From Eledone cirrhosa (lineage: Eukaryota): 64,000 nucleotides of DNA. Below are positions 53,743-64,000 of this stretch, one piece after another; position 1 is the first letter of the stretch, and the number at the start of each line of letters is the position of its first letter. A program made the position numbers and the translations under genes. The notes below the pieces were generated by a model, which did no database searches, was not told where the DNA came from, and worked only from the letters and a program-made list of their open reading frames with translations. The stretch covers positions 30,752,001 through 30,816,000 of the forward strand of contig OZ024749.1 of NCBI GenBank assembly GCA_964016885.1, written 5' to 3'.

Positions 53743-54379
53743 GCAACCCTGGTATGTGTATATGCATTTTTTCTTATAACTTTAATTTTATACTTAATTG
53801 TGTATGGTTGACGGTATAGTTAATCGATTTCCACGTGCTATTGAAATGTTGGGTTAATATTCTATAGCGGTTGATCGCGAATAAATTGCTGTCGTTTATT
53901 TATCTACTATTTCTTTATAGGTGCCTTTTAATCTTATAGCCTGGTTTAATTGATTTTATGTGTGGTTGATTATGCTAATTGGGAGAGGAAATGATGTATA
54001 TATATATTATCAAATGATTCTATGTATATACTTTATAGTATATATATATATATATATTCCTGGATATGTCACCGTAACGGTGAGAGCGTACTAAAGTTAG
54101 GGTACCCTTGATATATATATACATATATGCACGCATGCTTATATGCAAGAAAACCCAGAAAAGACGACAGGAAGCGGTAGGATTGTAGAACATCACTACC
54201 ATGACCAACACCACCAACACAAACTTCATCAAGAAGAACAACATGAAGATGTAAACGAAGACAAAATATATAAAATATAATAACTCCATGAGGTTTTATA
54301 TGGAAATCAAGCTTTTCTTTATTTTAACAAATTGACAATATTGGGAGTTATTCTAATAAACAGCTGATGTCAATAAATA

Positions 54380-55215
54380 AATGTTTCTACTTTTTGGCAC
54401 AAGGCCAGCTATTACCCAGTACATTACTGGTACTTTATTTTATCGACCCCGTAAGGATGAAAGGCAAAGTTAACCTCGGCAGGATTTGAACTTAGATCAT
54501 AAAGGGACATAACTATCTAGAAAGCATGGCGTCTGACCCTCTACCGATACTGCCAATTCAATAAATAAATAATACATTGAGGATGCAAGAGTTTATCATA
54601 TCAATACATTTTTAGAGTGATTTGATAGTACGTAAGATAGAATATTTGTATTGTTTGTTTTGGTAGTTGATTGGTAGAGAGTCGGAAACTCTTTGCAGCA
54701 TAGAGTTACGTTCCTTTGCGGCCTGAGTTAAAATCGCGCCGAGGTTAACTTTACCTTTCATCCTTGCGGGGGCGATAAAATAAAGCACCAGTAACGTACT
54801 GGGGTCGATTTACTCAACTTTCCTTCCCCCCCAAATTACTGGTCTTGTGCCTATACTAGAAACCATTATTTGTTTTGATAGGACTGTGGGTTGGAAGAAT
54901 CGGTAGAGCGTCGAATATTATGCTTTGTGGTATAAAGTTACGACGGCTCTTTACATTGTAAGTTCAAATCCAACCAAGGTTAGCTTTCTCTTTCATCCTT
55001 ACGTGGTCAATAAAATAAAGTACTTGTACTCACTGGAGTTGATTTAATAAAGTACCAGTAACGCACTGGGGTCGATTTAATTGATTTATTTTCGCCAAAA
55101 GTGTTGAGCTTGTGACTAAATCAGAAACCATTATTTGTTTTGGTCTTCTGTTCTTTCAGTTCAAATCCCGCCATGGTTATCTTTGCCTATTATCCATTTG
55201 AGGTTGATAACATGT
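54380..55215. mobile_element. Cluster of tRNA-derived SINE copies: 54380-54555 (-), 54660-54870, 54890-55135 and 55150-55215 (+)
   Basis: Same Meta-like SINE family as 8009. Confidence 0.8.
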
Positions 55216-55989
55216 AACAGTTTACTTCTGAGATCGATTCTTCCTCGATATATCTTTCTCATTTCCATTCTATCACACACTCTATCGTTCTCAGGAAGAA
55301 ACCTCTTGTATTGTGTCCTGTAGAGTATAAGGGTTTCGTTACGTTTTAGAATATACCCTAAGAAGCACTGTTTGTTAATACAGTTGCTCTAAGACTCCCT
55401 CTTGAAATACGGGTCCATACATACGTACCTAACTGCGTTTAGTGTATACATGTTTTTGTATCAAACTGGTGATTTACAGGTACATATTACTTTAACCATT
55501 GAGTCCACTGGGTTGATTCAACCAACGTGAAATAAAGTGTTTTAAACATGTATGTGTCAAAGGAAATCAAACTCTCAACCAAACGATCCGGACCCACTAC
55601 CCTAAACGCTTTGCCTCTTAATGCACTCTACATCTGAATGGCACTCCGTCGGTTTCAACGAAGAGCGTTCCAGGGGACAAACGGCTCAAGAAATTACTAT
55701 GCGACTGAGAATAGCCACAGGCATGTGTAAGTTTCAATAAATTTACGAAGGGTTCATCGTCACATAAGGAATGACATGGTTTTATGAATTACATGTACAA
55801 CCCCTATGAAGCTATTTCATGCAATGTGATCGAAATTGGAAGCTATGAATTGCGAGGGAAACGCAAACTTATTAAAGCATCTGTTCTTGGCATATCCATA
55901 AGAATATATATACATGTATGTATATATGTATATATATGTATATATATGTATATATATATATATGTATATATATGTATATATGTATATAC

Positions 55990-56082
<93 letters not shown>

Positions 56083-56170
56083 GTATATTCATATTTATTA
56101 TTTTTGTGTGTAAATGTAAAAAATGTTCATAGAATGGTGATTAAGGAGTTGCATGACTTTTGAGCCACTG

Positions 56171-56266
<96 letters not shown>

Positions 56267-56291
56267 GTATATATATATATATATATGTATA

Positions 56292-56336
<45 letters not shown>

Positions 56337-56337
56337 G

Positions 56338-56373
<36 letters not shown>

Positions 56374-56438
56374 TACATATGCATATATATATATATATGT
56401 ACACACTCACACGCACACACACATATACACACACACAC

Positions 56439-56503
<65 letters not shown>

Positions 56504-57060
56504 TTCAAAGATATATCCAAGATCATAAAAAAAGAAGAAAGAGGTAGAAGGCAGAGAAATCTATAACATTTATGAACTTTCTCGAATAGTTAATACCTAC
56601 TAATCTATACAATATATCGACAACTTTTACACATAATAAGGCTTGACAATATCGATGCTTAATCTGGCATTGAACAGGTATTCAGAACGTAGCAAATATA
56701 TATTTCTCACTAGTGGCTTTTTTTCCTCTGATTTGCTTTTGTTTTTGTTAGTGTTGTTGTTTTATATTTCCCTCTTCACGGTGGAACTGAAAAACAAAAT
56801 GGATTTCTGTTAAAGGACGGCCATTATCTTTTCTCATATCTGATTTATTAACGGAGGTGGCATTTTTGCTCTGTAGTTATGTTTCGTGTGATGCATACAT
56901 ATGTGTTTGTGTGTATATATATATATATATATACACATATATATATATATATATATATACATATACATACACACATATATTACTCGAACCTGAGATATGA
57001 AATGGTAGATATTCGTGTTTGATATTATCACTTACAAAAAGAAAATGTTATAAATATGCC

Positions 57061-57120
<60 letters not shown>

Positions 57121-57520
57121 ATATATATTATATATATATATATTATATATATATGCATATACTACTATCAACATATCAATGAGCAGGTGTATGAATACGT
57201 AGATATCCTGTCAACAAGGAGGACCATAAAGCCAGACCAAATGCTGTGTAATAATTTTTTTATTTATTGACCCATAAATACATAAGGGTAATTCATTTTA
57301 TTATAAACAACTTCTGTTTAGTCTCAAGATGGGGCAAGATGATGCATTCATATTAATGTGGTATTATTAACATATCATTTGGCACACAAAAAACATCCGC
57401 CATAGATGTATGTCTGTATGTATGTTTGTATGTATGTGTGTATGTACTTATGTATGTACGTAATGTGCGTAAGGATGTATTTATGCTGCATGCATACATG
57501 AGCGCATGGACGTATGTAGG

Positions 57521-57566
<46 letters not shown>

Positions 57567-57608
57567 TACACATATATATATATAAATATATATTTATATA
57601 CATATATG

Positions 57609-57662
<54 letters not shown>

Positions 57663-57714
57663 TACACACATATATATATATAAATATATATTTATATATA
57701 CGTATATATATATA

Positions 57715-57764
<50 letters not shown>

Positions 57765-57813
57765 TATGTATAGATATATGTATATAATATGTATATATAT
57801 ATATATGTATGTT

Positions 57814-57844
<31 letters not shown>

Positions 57845-57891
57845 GTATGTTTATATATATATATAAAAAAATATATATACATATGTATATT

Positions 57892-57939
<48 letters not shown>

Positions 57940-58714
57940 GATGTAAGTGTATGCTTCTCTCTCTCTCTCTCTCTCTGAGCGTTTCTGTGGTGTGCGTGTA
58001 AGTATACATTTATCATGAGGATATATGGTAGGCGTTTATTATATTCTCAAAAAAAGATTTGCGATCCATGCACGGACGTTGACCCACGTTCTAATCATAG
58101 TGCCATAAATAATATTCATTATTTTTCATGAATCCTCAAAAACCCATCAAAATCAAATATAAAAAAAATAATGAAAAACCAACAAGATAAATGAAGAATC
58201 AAAGATATAGAACAACGGTAGAGGATCTGTAGAGGAATTGATTTGATTTAATTCATAAAGAATGTAATTTGTGCCGGATATAAGAATATGGACATAAAGA
58301 ACAGAACATCATGACCTGATATGGTTATCTTCAATAACCCCCCACCCACCCACACGCCCACACAGAGGCTCACAGACGCTGACACTGACACACTAAAACA
58401 CACACACATGTATATATATATATATAGTAATAATAAATGTGAAGACTAAAATCCGAAGAGGGCTCGATAAGACTTATATATACATATATAAGTCTTATCG
58501 AGCCCTCTTCGATATAAATATATATAAAAAAAACCTTTAATCTAATAACAGATCTAATAATCGCTGCATCGATTCTTTCCTTAAACTTTAATCTGTTGTT
58601 TTAATATATATATATATATATATATACAAAAACAAAAGCACATACACGCAAACGCGAACACACACACCAAACACTACACACACACGCTAACGCATGCACA
58701 GACAGGGACAAGAA

Positions 58715-58753
<39 letters not shown>

Positions 58754-58847
58754 ATGAAATAAAAATGGCGTAGACATCACAATGCAATCGGAGGAAACAT
58801 AATAGTACTACTATTGGGAAATGATATATGTGATATATCTCATATGG

Positions 58848-59040
58848 AATAATTGTTTCTACTTTAGGCACAAGGCCAGCAATTATCCAGTGTATTACTG
58901 GTACTTTTTTTAATCGACCCCGTAAGGATGAAGGGCAAAGTCAACCTCGGCGGGATTTGAACTCAGAATGGTAAGGGCCGTAACTCTATGCGTCAAAGCA
59001 TGGCGTCCGACCCTCTACCGATACTGCCAATCCACCGCCC
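58848..59040 (-). mobile_element. Full-length tRNA-derived SINE
   Basis: rc A box TGGCAGTATCGG, B box GAGTTCAAATCC, Meta-like core. Confidence 0.88.
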
Positions 59041-59236
59041 TTATGAAATAATACAGCCAATTATCCACACAATACAATATAGTTAGCACCCCAAACGTTT
59101 AATTGGGAATATACTCAGGTATTTCCTAATGTTTGTTGAGTGAGTTGGAATTTGGCCCGAGTATCGCCTTTAGCTTTCTCCGATTATGTATTTATATATG
59201 TATATATATATATTTATATTTGAATTTATTTATACA

Positions 59237-59420
59237 TAATTGTTTCTACTTTTGGCACAAGGCCAGCAATTACCCAGTGTATTACTGGTACTTTATTTTA
59301 TCGACCCCGTAAGGATGAAAGGCAAAGTCAACCTCGGCGGGATTTGAACTCAAAATGGCAAGGGCCGTAACTCTATGCGTCAAAGCATGGCGTCCGACCC
59401 TCTACCGACACTGCCAATCC
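59237..59420 (-). mobile_element. tRNA-derived SINE
   Basis: Near-identical to 58848-59040. Confidence 0.88.
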
Positions 59421-59583
59421 CCCCAAGGAAAAATGGCTACTCCTTCAATACGTTTATTGGTTGGTGACGCGCGTTTCTCTACTGATCAGCTCAAGGTTCG
59501 ATCTGTATCGATTCGGCCCGACTCTGGAATCAAAAGCTCGTCGGACTTCTGTAGTAGTAATGGCACAGAATGTTACATTCCCT

Positions 59584-60196
<613 letters not shown>

Positions 60197-60418
60197 CATG
60201 CATATATATATATATATATATAATATATAGTAATAATAATAATAATAATAATAGTAATAAATTTGGAGACTAAATCCAAAGAGGGCTCCATAAGGATACA
60301 TATATATAAAATATATAAGAAGAGCAAATATTTATTAAAATAACAGATTAAAGTTTAAGCAAAGATCCCGTTAAAAGCACCGATTCTTTGCTTAAACTTT
60401 AATCTGTTATTTTAATAA

Positions 60419-60534
<116 letters not shown>

Positions 60535-60622
60535 GGAAAAATTTGAACAGGGACAAAACAGAGAGGCAGTACAACGAATGTTTATTAATTTCACGCTCTG
60601 GAGAGTGGGGTGTTGGTGGGGG

Positions 60623-60654
60623 ACGACGTTTCGGGCATAAGCCCTTCCTCAGGT
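60623..60654 (-). ncRNA. Minimal Penelope-type hammerhead
   Basis: rc: ac-CTGAGGA-a-gggc-ttat-gccc-GAAA-cg-TC-gt, with palindromic ACGT stem III. Lies within a (TA)n-flanked module 60533-60908. Confidence 0.7.
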
Positions 60655-60904
60655 GAGAAGTGTGTGGGAACAGAGTTCAAAGGGTGTGTAGGGGAGTGGT
60701 GGAGAAACATATAGCGAAAGGAAACGGTGCGTATGAAAAAAATAAAAATAAAAATAAAAATAAAAATAAAATCATGATCAAAATGCAAGGAATGAAATAA
60801 ATTTAAATATAAAAGCATGATCAAAATAAACTGAAATTAAAAGGGGGGTAAAACAGGTGCTGGAAGGGTGTGGGGTGTGTAGGGGTGGTGGCGGGTGGAG
60901 TGGG

Positions 60905-60940
<36 letters not shown>

Positions 60941-62224
60941 ATCACTGGTCTTGTTACAAATATGGTACACCAAGTGTTTTACAGAATCGCTAGAGCGGCG
61001 CGCATAAAGCTTTGCGTTATCTTTTCTTGTTATTGAGTGCAAATCACACTGAAGTAAGCTTTGCTATTCATGTTTTTTCATGTTCAATAGAAAAAAATAC
61101 TGGGTAAGTAATGGATCCAATGCAATAGACTGATCCTTTACTTCCAAATTCCTGCACTACCTACGCCTAAATTGACAAATATTTATTTTAAGCCTAATAA
61201 GGTGTATAAATAATTGATTTATGTTACATTTTCGTGATACAGTAATTATATTGAAACGAAAACATGTCATGACTTCAAGTTTCAAATCTGAAACCCCACG
61301 GTCGTAACAATGGATATTTATGTGCGTGATCTATCTATAAATAGGAAATGCATTCTTTTAAATGTTTCTATGCTTATGTTTAAATATATATGTGTTCCTT
61401 TAAAAAGCCGGGTAGAGACCAGCAACATTTTAGTTCTTCTATAGATAATGAACACAACAAATAAAACGACATTGTCTGAAAAATCAATTCAACACTACCG
61501 TAATAGATGTTTTAAATAATATACTTCGTTCAACATTTTTATCATTTTCTAAGTGTCGAACAAATACATGAGTTACTTTGATACAATCTTTTAGACGAAC
61601 ACGTTCGTATCCTTATTCATAATAAAAGACACTGTCCCAGATTGCTAAATGAGTGTTAAAATAATCACGTATTAGGTGATATTTAGCAATATAACTAAGT
61701 TACGCATTATTTATTTGCATTTAGATGATAAAATAAACGAATTTAGATAACAATATTTTAAAATGAAATTATGGTTGAAGATGTTTATGTAAATATAAAC
61801 ACTTTAAAAACGATTGTCGTAGAAACAGTAGCGGTCCCAGGTGGCGTCTGGACAAAAGTGTTAATTTAATTTAGTAGGGTTTTTTTTTCTTCTCTATCTA
61901 ACCGAGACATTTGTTGTTCTATGATCCTCTGGAGGTTTTCAAAATGGAGTCTCTGGTTATCAGATTGTAATATATCTAGCTTATTTCCTATAATGTACGA
62001 AGAAATTATTAAGGCGAAAGACCAAGACCGCATCACCAGACTCAAGCGATTTGACGTGCCTGTCTGTATTTAGATCCCGTGTAAAACCAGGGGTAACCAC
62101 AGTTAAAAAGAATATTCGATATATTAGTTGAATGTAAATAATTATTTAATATATTCCAGATGATTTCATATGAAACAATTCTAGTGCTGTAGAAGCTATT
62201 TCCATATTAAATAATGATTTCTTA

Positions 62225-62625
62225 TATAGGCACAAGGCCAGCAACTTGAGGGGGGGGGGGAGACTCGATTAAATTGACCCCATTGTGTGACTGGTACTTT
62301 ATTTTATCGATCCCGTAAGGAGGAAAGGCAAAGTTAACGTCGGTGGGATTTGAACACAGATCATAAACGGCCGTAACTCTATGCTCCAAAGCATGACGTT
62401 TCATGGCCAATCAACTACCCTTAATGATTTCTAATATAGGCACAAGGCCAGTAATTTGGGGATGAGGGGAAAGTCGATTAAATCTACCCCAGTGCATTAC
62501 TGGTGCTTTATTTTATCAAGCCCGTTAGGATGAAAGACAAAGTTAAACTCGGCGGGATTTGAACTCAGACCATAAAGGGGCGTAACTCTATTCTGGAAAG
62601 CATGGCTTCCGACCCTCTACCGATA
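62225..62625 (-). mobile_element. Two tRNA-derived SINE copies
   Basis: 62225-62400 and 62430-62625, same family as 58848. Confidence 0.8.
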
Positions 62626-63154
62626 CCGCGGATATATATTTATATTTATATGCGTATACATAAATATTCAGGTGAACTGGCTTGATTGTAAGTGTGTTTG
62701 GCTGTGTATCACTTATACCTCCTTACTATCACCTTCTTACTGGCTATCAGCGTTTGGGTACATATGATATTTATATATGTGAATATATATTAGCTAGCTC
62801 TGTGTCTGTCTGTTTAGTGTCAGCTAAAATAAATGTGAAAGTTTAATTCCTTCACCGCCATCATATACCGAATGGAACATTAAGCAATTTACAATATTAA
62901 TCTAAAATCTACCATTTTCAGCTATAAAGCCGTCACTATGTATATTTGCTACATTAAATCGACATTTTATGCTATTATGTCCAGCTTTATACTACAACAT
63001 TACCCATCCTCTCACAGTAAGTTATATCAATAGAATGGATCACTCAGTACATAATATTCTGCAATATTTGCAGTAGCAATGGTAAATACGTCTGTGTGGT
63101 TCTGATACAGGCCGTAAATTAGTGATTGAATGTTTATGTATTTTCATAGGATCA

Positions 63155-63187
<33 letters not shown>

Positions 63188-63604
63188 ATGCGTGTGTGTG
63201 TGTGTGTTTGTGTGTTTGTGTTTGTTTGTATGTGTCTGTATTTTTGTTGGTCAGTTTATTTGTTTGTTAGTGTGCCCGTGTGTGTTTATGTGCGTTTATT
63301 TGATTGTGTTTGCCAGTGTTTATGTTGTGTGTCTCTGTATGTGTTTATACATGTGTGGGTATGTCAGTTTATGATAGTCTCTGTGCGAGAGACTATCATA
63401 TTAATATATGTTTCTGATAAAAGTTTTAGTATTTCAATGTATTGAAGTTAAGCAAGCGTGCTGAAGAAGTTTTTTTAATTTTTTTCAGAAGCCCCGGTAT
63501 TTCGAGTTCAGTCATACAATGAGTCCCCTTTGGCGAAAGTATCAAGTATCCAAACCTAACGTATCTTCTGATTTTGCAATATGTTCTGAGTGTTAGTATA
63601 TATA

Positions 63605-63672
<68 letters not shown>

Positions 63673-63747
63673 TGAAGGCCTCCAAAAGCAACGGTCACCT
63701 TTTTGAAAGGGTACGTCAATATCTAGTTGTAAAACTGTTATATATTG

Positions 63748-63812
63748 TATTTTGTCTGAGGAAGGCATACCATGATTTAACTTGGTATCCTTGAAATATA
63801 TATAATGAAATA
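63748..63812 (+). ncRNA. Type I hammerhead (family A)
   Basis: tattttgt-CTGAGGA-agg-c-atacca...tggtat-cctt-GAAA-tatata-TA-atgaaata. Confidence 0.8.
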
Positions 63813-64000
63813 AATATGGTTTTATAAATGTAGTTTCCATTTATTAATATTGTATATATATATATATTTTTTTTTCTTTCTTTTCTATCTTTTTCTCTCT
63901 CTCCTTCTTTTTCTTTCTCTCTAACCCAACGACTTATTTTAAAATATCCAATACTAATAATAATATAAGTAAACAACTCCACTATCCGGGAACTTCCAAC

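Noticed and set aside
58950-59040. tRNA gene
   Set aside because: The A/B boxes belong to the SINE head and no cloverleaf forms.
59464-59546. Hammerhead on minus strand (CCGACGA...GAAA-cgcgcg-TC), relative at 53345-53403
   Set aside because: The palindromic stem III and GUC site are suggestive, but stem I is only 2 bp and the stem II base does not pair. At best a decayed copy.
62070-62105. Helitron 3' hairpin end
   Set aside because: Imperfect hairpin and no CTAG terminus.

Overview
Repeat-dense, AT-rich eukaryotic (metazoan) genomic DNA with no recognisable host gene. The SINE families and extreme (TA)n/(CA)n/(TATG)n/(ATCT)n load suggest an octopod cephalopod (inference). Almost all ORFs in the track are microsatellite artefacts. 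The only intact coding region is ORF2 (APE endonuclease + RT + CCHC) of a Tx1/L1-clade LINE at 3520-6957, sitting in an (ATCT)n array. Also present are decayed CR1-like, RTE and R4/Dong-like LINE fragments, a Neptune-type Penelope GIY-YIG remnant, tRNA-derived SINEs, Tc1/mariner MITEs and satellites. The main hidden signal is non-coding: roughly two dozen type-I hammerhead ribozyme motifs, intact or decayed, from many unrelated sequence families. They lie in 200-800 bp fold-back or tandem modules embedded in (TA)n arrays. Many have palindromic stem III, six motifs share a compensatory U3-A8 core, and three modules show head-to-tail monomers of about 319, 470 and 544 nt. This suggests a community of Penelope pLTR / retrozyme-like ribozyme elements. 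All folds were made by eye and none was computed.
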